Part shown: one piece after another, positions 1 to 9,009 of the stretch | Position numbering within the stretch: position 1 is the stretch's first letter | How the letters are laid out: each line of letters opens with the position of its first letter | DNA from: a virus | Taxonomy: Duplodnaviria; Caudoviricetes | Reading direction: 5' to 3' (one strand) | IMG/VR virus record: IMGVR_UViG_3300042483_000388 | Length of the DNA: 64,000 nt | Notes under the pieces: generated by a model | What the model saw: the letters and a program-made list of their open reading frames with translations, nothing else | Databases searched by the model: none | Told to the model about the DNA's origin: nothing | Made by a program: the position numbers and the translations under genes

Positions 1-284
1 ATGTTGTACCAAGTAAGACTGGTGAGAAATTTTATAAAAACTACAAAGACAACCTTTATGGTCAAGAACAGCAAAATGCGTCATACAAAAGACAACCACA
101 ACCTGTTGATCAAGCTGGTGAGGAAACAGAAAGAGGATCTTTAAAATCTAAAAGAGGTAAAAAAACGGCACAATCAGTTTTAAATAAAGTGGATGAAGGT
201 TTTAATAATAAAGAATCTCAAAAATTAACTGAGGAGTTCGACAGAATGAAGTTGTTAATGGGTTATACCGATAAGACCCAATAA
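1..284 (+). CDS. 5'-truncated hypothetical protein (C-terminus ...KLTEEFDRMKLLMGYTDKTQ)
   Basis: Open frame from position 3 to TAA at 282-284, translated by hand; not in the ORF track. Confidence 0.75.
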   Translation, partial: VVPSKTGEKFYKNYKDNLYGQEQQNASYKRQPQPVDQAGEETERGSLKSKRGKKTAQSVLNKVDEGFNNKESQKLTEEFDRMKLLMGYTDKTQ

Positions 285-331
285 TTTACAAATCATAGGT
301 CATAACCTATAATTTTTTCATAGTTATACCT

Positions 332-799
332 ATGGATAATTTTCTAAACTACCTAACAAAACATTTAGACCCTGAACAAGTTGATATCTGGTTCAGGGTT
401 AATAATATTATACCGGAAAAGATGGAGTTGTATTACGAACTATCTTATTCCTTATATCTTTTAATATCAATTACTTATATGGGTAATTCTGACGTTGGTT
501 CAGAAACAAATGTTAAGATGGACCCATCCGATAACCAAAAACATTTTGATTGGTGCTGGGACAAAAACCTTAAAAACTTCGGTAAAGAAAATATCCTATT
601 TGAAGAAAGAGGAGAACACTACGATTATTTTCAAACATTCTTTAATGAAATATTTTATAATCAAGATAAGTTAACGATAAAAAACTCAATAGATGTATTT
701 TTTGATGACCTTTTTAATAGGGACAAACCATTTACGCAAGTAGATTTAGATTTGATATTTAATATCTATAAAACTTTAGATAAAAATCTTACCATATAA
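332..799 (+). CDS. hypothetical protein
   Basis: 155-aa ORF, ATG start. Confidence 0.75.
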   Translation: MDNFLNYLTKHLDPEQVDIWFRVNNIIPEKMELYYELSYSLYLLISITYMGNSDVGSETNVKMDPSDNQKHFDWCWDKNLKNFGKENILFEERGEHYDYFQTFFNEIFYNQDKLTIKNSIDVFFDDLFNRDKPFTQVDLDLIFNIYKTLDKNLTI

Positions 800-859
800 A
801 CTTTACAAAATAGGTAATAACATTTAATATAATACAAATAAACAATAATTTTAATAGAA

Positions 860-1030
860 ATGGAAACATTAGAGAAAATTAAAGAACTCACAGAACAATT
901 GAGTGTAGACGTAACTAAATTCTACGAAGGAAATAATAGTGCTGGAACAAGGGCTAGAAAAACCTCACAAGATTTAAAAAACCTTATACAACAACTTAGA
1001 ACTGAGATCTTAGAAGAAAGAAAAAAATAA
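860..1030 (+). CDS. Hc1/histone H1-like small protein (Bacteroidota type)
   Basis: Hand-translated 56 aa METLEKIKELTEQLSVDVTKFYEGNNSAGTRARKTSQDLKNLIQQLRTEILEERKK; GNxxAGTRARK motif. Confidence 0.7.
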   Translation: METLEKIKELTEQLSVDVTKFYEGNNSAGTRARKTSQDLKNLIQQLRTEILEERKK

Positions 1031-1032
1031 TT

Positions 1033-1227
1033 ATGTTAAAATTGGATACTTTATTTCTTTATTTATTTGTATTGTCTACAATATTTTTATTTAACATTAT
1101 TTTAAAAATTGTGACTTCAATCCTGAGTAACACACCAAAACAAATACAATATAGTAAGTGGGAAATGGTATCCAATTATTTTTTCATATCTTATTTAATA
1201 ACCTATTTAATAATTAATTTAATATGA
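1033..1227 (+). CDS. small two-TM membrane protein
   Basis: Two hydrophobic segments in 64 aa. Confidence 0.65.
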   Translation: MLKLDTLFLYLFVLSTIFLFNIILKIVTSILSNTPKQIQYSKWEMVSNYFFISYLITYLIINLI

Positions 1228-1643
1228 GTATGTATACCGAATTAAAAGATATTTTTCTTTATTTAGTTTCAGTTAGAAAACTTAAGAATTATATATCTAT
1301 TGATATACAATTCCCAAAACAATGGAAAATACCAAAAAAGTATGTCAATGAAGATAAAATAGTAGAAAATGAAAAAATTGATAACGATTGTAGATTTTTT
1401 TCATTTGTAAGCGAATTTGATGAGAAAAATCTTAATGACACTGTTGGTAATATTAAAAATATTATTTCATACAACAAAGAGATTGAAATGAAAGAAAGAT
1501 TATTAAAACAAAAAATTGACGAACTTAAGAGAATTTTTGAAACTGAAAAAATTGAAAGTTTACAAGGTTTAAAGTTTGACTTAATTGAAGAAAAAATTGA
1601 CGATGGAGAAGAAATTGTTAACACGGGAAGAGACTCAAATTGA
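1224..1643 (+). CDS. hypothetical protein
   Basis: 139-aa ORF overlapping the upstream stop. Confidence 0.7.
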   Translation: MSMYTELKDIFLYLVSVRKLKNYISIDIQFPKQWKIPKKYVNEDKIVENEKIDNDCRFFSFVSEFDEKNLNDTVGNIKNIISYNKEIEMKERLLKQKIDELKRIFETEKIESLQGLKFDLIEEKIDDGEEIVNTGRDSN

Positions 1644-1800
1644 GTGGCTTAAAAATGAAACCGAAAAAGATAAAATAGAACTTGAAAAAGAAAAACAAAG
1701 GACAATATTATCTTTAAAAAATTTCAAAAAAGAAGAAATTGTTAGACCAAAGGAGGAACTTACATTATGGAAGAGAATAAAGAAAGTGTTGTTGGGATAA
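1603..1800 (+). CDS. hypothetical protein
   Basis: ATG at 1603 (MEKKLL) preferred to TTG at 1585. Confidence 0.6.
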   Translation: MEKKLLTREETQIEWLKNETEKDKIELEKEKQRTILSLKNFKKEEIVRPKEELTLWKRIKKVLLG

Positions 1801-2102
1801 TTGAACAATTGGTGATAGTAACTGACGCAACACAAACGATATTCCCAAATGGGAAAGTTATTATGGTTTTTGAATTGTCGGAGGTAGACTTCAAAAATGT
1901 GCAATCAAATTTTAGGGGTATTGATCATGGGTATAATAAATTCTCAATTGACATTTCTGGTGTAGAGTTGGTTTTTATTTTGGAAGGTCAAATTAGTTTT
2001 GATGAACCAAAAGAATTGATAAAAGAAGTTAAAATATCTTTTATGGGAAAATTAAGAAATCTATTTTCTGGGTCTAAAAGTAGTGGTCCTCCTGTAAAGT
2101 GA
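1767..2102 (+). CDS. hypothetical protein
   Basis: 111-aa ORF followed by a hairpin and T-tract. Confidence 0.7.
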   Translation: MEENKESVVGIIEQLVIVTDATQTIFPNGKVIMVFELSEVDFKNVQSNFRGIDHGYNKFSIDISGVELVFILEGQISFDEPKELIKEVKISFMGKLRNLFSGSKSSGPPVK

Positions 2103-2702
2103 GGATTTTTTTATTCCCTTACTTTCTAACAGATCATACAGGTATTTTTTCTGTGGTTTAGATGTCTCACTAACAATTATTGAATCCATCCTTGAATTAT
2201 CCAACATAAATTCGCTTAAAGATGATAGAAACCTCAAAGATTCAGTTTCATTTTTAAAAGAAAATAAATTTATTTTATCGTCATTCTGTAAAATAACTTT
2301 ATTATTTATCCTTGAAATTAATTTAACATATGTTTTTGGTAGATATTTTTTTAGGAATGTATCAAAAGTTATTTTTTTATTTTCGTTAACATCAAAGATT
2401 TTATCGGGTAGTTTATAATTGGAAACCTGAATTAATTTGTAATCTGGATCATCCAACTCAACTTTAACCTGTCTACCAAGATTATCCCTTATGAAATAAA
2501 GATCAAAATTGGTTTTAGTCTTTTCCAGTAGACCCAATTCAAAAAAACAATCCTCAGCATTTTCAACACGAGTATCAAATACTACGGACTCACTCTCCTT
2601 TAATAACTTATTATAAAAGGCTTGTGCTCGTTCTTTAGTTACAAATTTATTGATTATTTTTTTTCTTTCCTTATTTTTGAATAATACCACTAAATAATTC
2701 AT
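2061..2702 (-). CDS. hypothetical protein
   Basis: Start moved to ATG 2702 (MNYLVVLF), removing the overlap with dnaJ; TATTTATA at 2718-2711 upstream. Confidence 0.7.
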   Translation of the reverse strand: MNYLVVLFKNKERKKIINKFVTKERAQAFYNKLLKESESVVFDTRVENAEDCFFELGLLEKTKTNFDLYFIRDNLGRQVKVELDDPDYKLIQVSNYKLPDKIFDVNENKKITFDTFLKKYLPKTYVKLISRINNKVILQNDDKINLFSFKNETESLRFLSSLSEFMLDNSRMDSIIVSETSKPQKKYLYDLLESKGIKKSSLYRRTTTFRPRK

Positions 2703-2731
2703 AATAGAAATATAAATAACAATACAAATAA

Positions 2732-3634
2732 ATGAACGCTGAAAATTATTACGAAATTTTGGGAGTCCCCGAAACGGCAACACAAGACGAATTAAAAAAG
2801 GCGTATAGAAAGTTAGCAAAAGAAAATCACCCAGATGTTGGTGGTAATGAGGACAAATTTAAAAAGATATCAAGCGCTTATGACATATTGGGTGATGAAC
2901 AAAAAAGACAACAATATGATCAACAAAGAAAAAATCCATTTGGTGATATGTTCTCAATGTTTAACCAACAAAGACCAAACCAACAAAGACAAGCTCATAC
3001 AACCACAATTTCAGTAAACATTGGGGTTTTGGATTCTTACAATGCGGATAAGAAAAATTTAACATATAAGAGACAAATTCCGTGTGATCCTTGTAGTGGG
3101 ACAGGTGGGGATAAAAAGTTGTGTAATGTTTGTGGTGGATCTGGTAATGTTGTTAGGCAAGTTGGTTCAGGTATGTTTGTACAAGTAATACAGATGGTTT
3201 GTGATAGTTGTCGAGGTACTGGTAAAATTATTATAACACCATGTTTTCTTTGTCAGGGCGCGGGAACTAAGGGGGATATTAAGAATTTAGAGATTAAATT
3301 ACCATATGGGATAGATAATGGTCAATTTGTTAGACTACAAGGAATGGGTGACTATAGAAATGGGGTATATGGTGATTTAATTGTTAGAATAAATGTTGAA
3401 CCACAAAATGGATTTGATAAAATTGATAACCATTTAATTTATAATGCTTTTTTAAATATGGAAGATCTTAAAAATGGTAATCTAATGGTTCCCCATCCAG
3501 ATGGCGATTTAAACTTAAAATTACCAAAAACGGTGGATACTTCAAGACCGTTAAGGGTTAAATCTAAAGGGTTTAAATTAGAAACCGTTGGAGACTTAAT
3601 TGTAAATCAGTTTGTTAAATTCCAAAGGGATTAA
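2732..3634 (+). CDS. dnaJ: DnaJ co-chaperone
   Basis: J domain with HPD, four CxxCxGxG motifs, C-terminal substrate-binding domain. Confidence 0.95.
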   Translation: MNAENYYEILGVPETATQDELKKAYRKLAKENHPDVGGNEDKFKKISSAYDILGDEQKRQQYDQQRKNPFGDMFSMFNQQRPNQQRQAHTTTISVNIGVLDSYNADKKNLTYKRQIPCDPCSGTGGDKKLCNVCGGSGNVVRQVGSGMFVQVIQMVCDSCRGTGKIIITPCFLCQGAGTKGDIKNLEIKLPYGIDNGQFVRLQGMGDYRNGVYGDLIVRINVEPQNGFDKIDNHLIYNAFLNMEDLKNGNLMVPHPDGDLNLKLPKTVDTSRPLRVKSKGFKLETVGDLIVNQFVKFQRD

Positions 3635-3792
3635 AATAAGGATATTAAATCTTTAATTGCTACTATAAACCCGTATATGGCAAAAAACGTAAAAATTCCA
3701 CCAAATATTAAAACAAATGTTTGTGTGTTCTTAACTTGTTTGCTATCTTTACATGTCGGACATTTAACTTGTGTTGATTCTTGACTCTCCAT
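3631..3792 (-). CDS. small CxxC + TM protein
   Basis: Hand-translated 53 aa [19 protein letters not shown]...[28 protein letters not shown]. Confidence 0.6.
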   Translation of the reverse strand: MESQESTQVKCPTCKDSKQVKNTQTFVLIFGGIFTFFAIYGFIVAIKDLISLF

Positions 3793-3801
3793 ATTGTTAT
3801 T

Positions 3802-4293
3802 TTAAATTATATAGATAATAATATCACCTTTAATTATTTTAGTAAAGTTATTAACTTCAAAATCTTCTCTGATAACCGTTTCACCTGATTTGGTAATTAT
3901 AATTGTTTTATCGTTTTGGTTACTTGGTAAATTCTTTGGGTGACCAATTGATGTATTAATAGTTAAAAATAAATCACTATTTTTAGATTGAGTAACCCAA
4001 ATATGGTAATCAACACCTATCATATAGTCTTTAATTAAAATAGAATGGTCTTTATCTTGTATTTTACTTGGAGAATTAAGTATGTCTATGGATACCTCAA
4101 CAATGATGTCTAGAATGTCAACAATTGACTCCTTTATATCCTCAATTGATTGTCTACCGTATAATGAATTACTTATTGCCATATTTGAATGGTCATTATA
4201 AAAAATGTCAACGTTTAGACCATCAACTTCATATCTATCCAATAGTTGTTTTCCCTCAAGGATGATATTTTTTATTGTATTAAGTAATTTCAT
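3802..4293 (-). CDS. hypothetical protein with leader-type N-terminus (MKLLNTIKNIILEG)
   Basis: Start reset to ATG 4293, just downstream of TATTTATA (4306-4299). Confidence 0.7.
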   Translation of the reverse strand: MKLLNTIKNIILEGKQLLDRYEVDGLNVDIFYNDHSNMAISNSLYGRQSIEDIKESIVDILDIIVEVSIDILNSPSKIQDKDHSILIKDYMIGVDYHIWVTQSKNSDLFLTINTSIGHPKNLPSNQNDKTIIITKSGETVIREDFEVNNFTKIIKGDIIIYII

Positions 4294-4307
4294 ATTACTA
4301 TAAATAT

Positions 4308-4333
4308 AAAACCCCTCCATAAATGAAGGGGTT
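4308..4333. terminator. intrinsic terminator hairpin
   Basis: aaaacccct...aggggttt inverted repeat. Confidence 0.6.
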
Positions 4334-4350
4334 TCGCAAGATTATTTCAT

Positions 4351-4512
4351 TTATTCAATTGAGGTTATCAACCCGTGTCGACACACCCGACACCCGGCGT
4401 TCAGATTGTTAGTTAGGAGTACTGACATCCTGCGTTGACACACCCAACACCAGGCGTTCAGATTGTTAGTTAGGAGTACTGACATCCTTGTTTTCAGTAG
4501 TGTTACCCACAT
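4351..4512 (-). CDS. possible 53-aa repeat peptide (or ncRNA)
   Basis: Open minus-strand frame MWVTLLKTRMSVLLTNNLNAWCWVCQRRMSVLLTNNLNAGCRVCRHGLITSIE downstream of a TATCTTTG promoter. Confidence 0.3.
   Translation of the reverse strand: MWVTLLKTRMSVLLTNNLNAWCWVCQRRMSVLLTNNLNAGCRVCRHGLITSIE
4380..4488. repeat. two 52-bp near-identical direct repeats, 57-bp period, GC-richer than flanks
   Basis: gacacaccc(g/a)acacc(c/a)ggcgttcagattgttagttaggagtactgacatcct at 4380-4431 and 4437-4488. Confidence 0.95.
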
Positions 4513-4520
4513 CAACAATA

Positions 4521-4551
4521 CAAAGATAAGGAAGTTTTTGGTTCTACCAAA
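4521..4551 (-). promoter_or_regulatory. Bacteroidota-type sigma70 promoter (TTTG-N19-TATCTTTG)
   Basis: TTTG 4551-4548 and TATCTTTG 4528-4521 on the minus strand. Confidence 0.65.
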
Positions 4552-4617
4552 ACATTTGTAATCTTTTTTTAAAAAACTTCCATTGACTGATTACCATAAA
4601 TATCTTATATTTTATCT

Positions 4618-5457
4618 ATGTTAAGTTATATAGGTGGTAAGAGTAAGATTGGAAAGTGGATAGTCCCTTTCTATGATAAAGATATGGAAACATACGTTGA
4701 AACATTTGGTGGTATGTTTTGGTGTTTCTTTAATATGGACTTAAAACAGTTCCCCAACCTAAAGAAAGTTGTTTACAACGACTTTAATCCGCTAAATTAT
4801 AACCTATTTAAGTGTATTCAAAACCCAACGGAGTTATTGATGGCGATCAACTCAATTGATTGTCAAAAATTTGGGGAAGAAGTAACACCTACAATCTATA
4901 AAGAACAATTTATAAGGTTTCAGGCTGAAATATTTGCCGAAAATTTCAGGGTAGAACCTGGTAATTATGATGTTGCGGCTAAATATGCGTATGTTTTAAC
5001 ACAAGTATTCTCAGGATCTAAACCTGAGACAAGTTCTTTTATTGACCTTAAAGGTAAGTACAAATCTAAATACTTAACATTCCGAGATAAGTTAATGAAA
5101 CCTGATTGGGTTGAACATTTCTTAAGAATAAGTGATGTGGAAAATATGGACTTTGCTGAAGTTATTGAAAAGTATGATTCACCTAACACTTATTTTTATG
5201 TGGATCCTCCATACTGGAAAACAGAAAACTATTACTCCAACCATGACTTTGATCGTAAAGACCACGAAAGACTTTCAAAATCTTTAACAAGTATGGAAGG
5301 TAAATTCAGTTTATCGTATTATGATTTTGAATTGTTACACGAATGGTTTCCTGAAGACCAATACATTTGGTCTAAAAAGAAATTTGCTAAGGCTGCTGCA
5401 GCTAAAAAGGGTAAGACTCAAACTATGGGTGAGGAATTATTAATAATGAATTATTAA
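4618..5457 (+). CDS. DNA adenine methyltransferase (Dam/D12 class)
   Basis: YIGGKS N-terminus, ETFGG motif I, DPPY motif IV. Confidence 0.9.
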   Translation: MLSYIGGKSKIGKWIVPFYDKDMETYVETFGGMFWCFFNMDLKQFPNLKKVVYNDFNPLNYNLFKCIQNPTELLMAINSIDCQKFGEEVTPTIYKEQFIRFQAEIFAENFRVEPGNYDVAAKYAYVLTQVFSGSKPETSSFIDLKGKYKSKYLTFRDKLMKPDWVEHFLRISDVENMDFAEVIEKYDSPNTYFYVDPPYWKTENYYSNHDFDRKDHERLSKSLTSMEGKFSLSYYDFELLHEWFPEDQYIWSKKKFAKAAAAKKGKTQTMGEELLIMNY

Positions 5458-5475
5458 TTTTTTCAATTAATCTAA

Positions 5476-5483
5476 TATTTATA
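5476..5483 (+). promoter_or_regulatory. putative phage late promoter motif TATTTATA (representative site)
   Basis: TATTTAT(A/T/C) also shortly upstream of starts at 2718-, 4306-, 6925, 8468, 14456-, 14719-, 14775, 19916-, 20800, 22186, 24653, 35199, 35593, 47003, 48667, 50165-, 50836, 52306, 62531. Confidence 0.6.
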
Positions 5484-5496
5484 TAGAAATATTATT

Positions 5497-6870
5497 ATGT
5501 CAATTCGTTTTACAAACATATTAAAAAATTTAATTATGGAACAATCAAGGTTCCAAGTTTTATACGATAAATTCGTAAAGCCACCAAAAGGGGGTAAAGG
5601 AATTATTCCTTTTGAAACTTTATTCGCACTTATTGCTGCCGACCCAACCACAAAAATTCCCGATGGAATGGATATTGATAATGTAAAACCACAAGATATG
5701 GACCGAGTTAAAATCGGTAAATACGCTCAGTGGTTAATCAAAAACTTTATTACGCCTAAGTTACCGGCAGATCATCCTTTAATGATTAGTGATCCCCAAT
5801 CAAGCCAATACAAACAAGCATTGGCACAATTCCAAGCCCTTTTCATGGAAGATTTATATAAGGTTACAACAAATCTTCAAAAATATGAAAGATTTAAAAA
5901 TAGGTTAGCACAAGAATATAGAGATATAAATAAATTAAGTATTGAGACTTTACAAGACCAAGTCAAAGATTTTAGTTTAGAAAAAACTAAAGCAACTGCT
6001 GACGAGAAAAAAGAAGCTTCTGTAACATATGCTCACCCTGGAGCAGACATCGTTTATAGAGGTCAAGATTGGACGGTTGCTAAAATCTCAAACACAGGTC
6101 CATTAGGTAAAGAAGCAGCATGTTTCTATGGTGGATCTCATAATGAGGGAAGACGAGGGGAAACTACTTGGTGCACATCATCACCTGGATATACTTGGTT
6201 TGAAAGATATATTGCCAAAGGACCTTTATATGTTGTAATTCCAAACACACCATCAACTTTCAAAACTTACGGAAAAGAAACTGGTGAGGTTTCAGGACTT
6301 CCGGCAAATCGTTATCAATTCCACTTCCCTGATAATCAATACATGGACGCTGATGATAGACAAATCAATTTAATTGACTTTTTAAACACAAATGAAGAAG
6401 GTTTAAAACAATTCTTTAAACCAGAATTTATGTCATCATTAACAGGTGAAAAGGGGACAAAAGTACAAGTTGAATATCCTAATGACTCAGCATCTAAGTT
6501 CATCGCTCTTTATGGGTTTGATGAATTCTTTGACTCTTTACCTCAAAATATACAAAGATTTACATTTAAGAATTCAGGGAAAGATAAAATATCTTTGAAT
6601 GTTCCTAACGACATTTCAAAATTTAAGGAATTAACCGCAATTAATTTTGTTGGTTGTGTTGCTTCTATCCCCGAATCAATATGTGATTTACCAAAGTTAC
6701 AATATTTGTCATTGGTTGATAACCCAAATCTACAACAAATACCGGAGTGTTTAGCAAATATGCCAAACTTGATGGTTGTTAATATTCCTGGTGCCTCCGG
6801 TAAAAACATTATCCCCCAAGCTTTATATGATCGGGATAATATTGATGATGATTTCCATATCTTCGAATAA
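5497..6870 (+). CDS. phage protein with WCT motif region and C-terminal leucine-rich repeats
   Basis: LTAINFVG...LPKLQYLSLVDNPNLQQIPECLANMPNLMVVNI LRR pattern; leader ending LIMEQ. Confidence 0.65.
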   Translation: MSIRFTNILKNLIMEQSRFQVLYDKFVKPPKGGKGIIPFETLFALIAADPTTKIPDGMDIDNVKPQDMDRVKIGKYAQWLIKNFITPKLPADHPLMISDPQSSQYKQALAQFQALFMEDLYKVTTNLQKYERFKNRLAQEYRDINKLSIETLQDQVKDFSLEKTKATADEKKEASVTYAHPGADIVYRGQDWTVAKISNTGPLGKEAACFYGGSHNEGRRGETTWCTSSPGYTWFERYIAKGPLYVVIPNTPSTFKTYGKETGEVSGLPANRYQFHFPDNQYMDADDRQINLIDFLNTNEEGLKQFFKPEFMSSLTGEKGTKVQVEYPNDSASKFIALYGFDEFFDSLPQNIQRFTFKNSGKDKISLNVPNDISKFKELTAINFVGCVASIPESICDLPKLQYLSLVDNPNLQQIPECLANMPNLMVVNIPGASGKNIIPQALYDRDNIDDDFHIFE

Positions 6871-6889
6871 AAACAGAAAAAACATAATT

Positions 6890-6915
6890 AAACCCACCTT
6901 TAGTGGGTTTTTCTT
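6890..6915 (+). terminator. intrinsic terminator
   Basis: aaacccac-cttta-gtgggttt plus T-rich tail. Confidence 0.65.
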
Positions 6916-6938
6916 TTTACGAACTATTTATTTATGGT

Positions 6939-7310
6939 ATGAAAATAATTATTACAGAGGATCAACTTAAAACTGCAGTATTTCAAAATACTGTTGATAT
7001 GGCACTTGATGATATTAAACAAAAATGTGATAAGATAAATGATGTTGGTGCTGATGCTGGAGAAATAATAAGTTTTGATGTTTGTGATCAATTGGAATCA
7101 ATTAAAAGAATTGAAATTGTAACCGTATATAAAACAAACAATATAATTGAAATGGGTCTTATAGTTTATTATGATAGTATTTTTCCATCAATGGATGCTG
7201 GTGATTATCTTTATGAGTTGGAGCATCATTTAAGAGAATATTTGGGTAAAGGAAATTTTAAATTGAAACTACTTAATGTTATAAACGAAAATCCAAGAAG
7301 TGATTGGTAA
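6939..7310 (+). CDS. MKIIITE-leader hypothetical protein (paralog of 55321..55725)
   Basis: Start reset to MKIIITEDQ at 6939. Confidence 0.75.
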   Translation: MKIIITEDQLKTAVFQNTVDMALDDIKQKCDKINDVGADAGEIISFDVCDQLESIKRIEIVTVYKTNNIIEMGLIVYYDSIFPSMDAGDYLYELEHHLREYLGKGNFKLKLLNVINENPRSDW

Positions 7311-7897
7311 TGAAAATAATAATAACAGAAAATCAATACAATAATTTAACTCAGGAAAAAATAAAAAATTTCCTATTTAAATTATGGGATAGACAACAGG
7401 AAAACGGTGAAGAACCTAATTTGGGTGAAATCATTTATGATGTTTTAGACATAAACTATGGTAGTGAGATGGACCATAAATTAGTTAGGCCACTTTGGTA
7501 TGAGTATAATGGTGGATCTGAAAAAGTTATAAATAAGATTAAAGACCAGATATTAGGTAAAGTGTTTAAAATTAAGGGAGAACAAAACCTAACAATGTTT
7601 GTAAGGATAGATGAAATTACGAATGATAATTATGAATATAATGAATATGTTGAGGTTAGTTTAGAGTTTAAAGGTAGTATTTTAGGTGGGAATGTTGATT
7701 TTATTGGAACGGATGACTATGGGAATGAAGGAGAAACTGAAGTTTTAGAGTTAGGTGATATTTATAACGAACTGGAGTATCAAGAACTTAGTGATTTTGA
7801 AGAATTTTTACGAGATGAAGCTCATGAATATTTTTGGTATAAGTTTGTAAAAAAATATGGAACTCCGTTTAATATTGAACTTGATAATAAGTTTTAA
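7310..7897 (+). CDS. MKIIITE-leader hypothetical protein (paralog of N-half of 54212..55324)
   Basis: TAATG coupling; shared WD...GEEPNL...RPLWYEYNGG motif. Confidence 0.8.
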   Translation: MKIIITENQYNNLTQEKIKNFLFKLWDRQQENGEEPNLGEIIYDVLDINYGSEMDHKLVRPLWYEYNGGSEKVINKIKDQILGKVFKIKGEQNLTMFVRIDEITNDNYEYNEYVEVSLEFKGSILGGNVDFIGTDDYGNEGETEVLELGDIYNELEYQELSDFEEFLRDEAHEYFWYKFVKKYGTPFNIELDNKF

Positions 7898-7915
7898 AAT
7901 TAATATACTTTTAAT

Positions 7916-8155
7916 ATGGGACCAATTGAAAAAAAAATATTAGAATTATCAAAAACAGAAGGACTTTCTGAAGAAACAATAATGGCTTTGACTATATTAA
8001 AAAATCAAATTAAAGATGATGAGCGAAGACTTGCAAACAATGCATATGAAAAGGGTTATCACGATAAAGAAATGAGACGAAGCCCTACTTGGAATTACTT
8101 TGAAAATAACTATAGTAGTTATTTGTCAAATATTAAATTTGGCAAGATAAGTTAA
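7916..8155 (+). CDS. hypothetical protein
   Basis: 79-aa ORF. Confidence 0.65.
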   Translation: MGPIEKKILELSKTEGLSEETIMALTILKNQIKDDERRLANNAYEKGYHDKEMRRSPTWNYFENNYSSYLSNIKFGKIS

Positions 8156-8161
8156 ATTTTG

Positions 8162-8169
8162 TATCTTTG
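8162..8169 (+). promoter_or_regulatory. Bacteroidota -7 box TAnnTTTG 4 nt before the start codon (representative site)
   Basis: Same geometry at 23579, 28913, 30323, 31603, 36443, 38687, 40442, 43381, 47917, 62146; longer leaders at 10645 and 19965. Confidence 0.8.
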
Positions 8170-8173
8170 TGAT

Positions 8174-8458
8174 ATGGAAGACTTAACTAAACTTGAATTA
8201 CCCGAAATTAAAATTCTTTGTAAAAAATACGGAATAAGTATTGTTGGAGATCAAAAATCTTTAATCAAAAAACTCAAATATTTCTTAGATCCAATAGAAG
8301 ACGTATTGAATACGCATCCTGGTAGAAAAATACAGAAAAATCAAAAAATTGTTGGTGTTAAAGTAAGTGAGAAAGAAAAGATTAATAATATATTAAAAAA
8401 TAAAGGTCAGTTTCTTTATTATTCTTTGGGATATCAATATTATTTGGAACAAGATTAA
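8174..8458 (+). CDS. hypothetical protein, N-terminal SAP/HeH-like helix pair
   Basis: LTKLELPEIKILCKKYGISIVGDQKSLIKKL pattern; start reset to ATG 8174. Confidence 0.55.
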   Translation: MEDLTKLELPEIKILCKKYGISIVGDQKSLIKKLKYFLDPIEDVLNTHPGRKIQKNQKIVGVKVSEKEKINNILKNKGQFLYYSLGYQYYLEQD

Positions 8459-8487
8459 ACTATGAAGTATTTATATATAAAAAGTCT

Positions 8488-9006
8488 ATGAAAAAGAGTA
8501 TTAATGAAGAATTGAATAGTATTAAATTTTTGTTCAAATATAAGGCGGGTAAAGTATTATCTGAACAAGAACAATTTGAATCCGAAGATGTGGGTTTTGA
8601 AGAAATTGATTTAGATGAAGAATATGATGATGTAGATATGGACACTAGAACTCCTGAAGAAAGAGAAAGGGATGGGCTAGATATAGATATGGACACTAGA
8701 ACTCCTGAAGAAAGAGAAAGGGATGGGCTAGATATAGATATGGACACAGGTGAAGATTTAGCACCTTCTTTTGATTCAGATGGTAATTTTTTAGGTATGG
8801 TAAAACCTAATCGAGATGGTATGGAAGTTGATGGGGATTTAATTGAAAATAGAGAATTAGAGGTTCCAGTTAAACCTGGTACAAAAACACCAACTAAACC
8901 CGATAAGGATTCACCATACAAACCTAAACCTGGACCTAAAAAAGCTCCTAAAGCCAAAATGCCGAAGTGGTTATCATTTGCTGCTATCGGTGTTAATATT
9001 AATTAA
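8488..9006 (+). CDS. acidic low-complexity protein with Pro/Lys-rich C-terminus
   Basis: 172 aa, internal 17-aa repeat, PKPGPKKAPKA tail, TATTTATA upstream. Confidence 0.75.
   Translation: MKKSINEELNSIKFLFKYKAGKVLSEQEQFESEDVGFEEIDLDEEYDDVDMDTRTPEERERDGLDIDMDTRTPEERERDGLDIDMDTGEDLAPSFDSDGNFLGMVKPNRDGMEVDGDLIENRELEVPVKPGTKTPTKPDKDSPYKPKPGPKKAPKAKMPKWLSFAAIGVNIN
8633..8747 (+). repeat. 51-bp tandem repeat (about 2.25 copies) encoding DMDTRTPEERERDGLDI
   Basis: Exact copies start at 8633, 8684 and 8735. Confidence 0.95.
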
Positions 9007-9009
9007 GTT

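Noticed and set aside
4380-4488. 57-bp repeat as a CRISPR array
   Set aside because: Only two copies with a 5-nt gap, so there is no spacer-sized unique segment.
8633-8747. 51-bp repeat as CRISPR-like
   Set aside because: Pure tandem repeat with no unique spacers.
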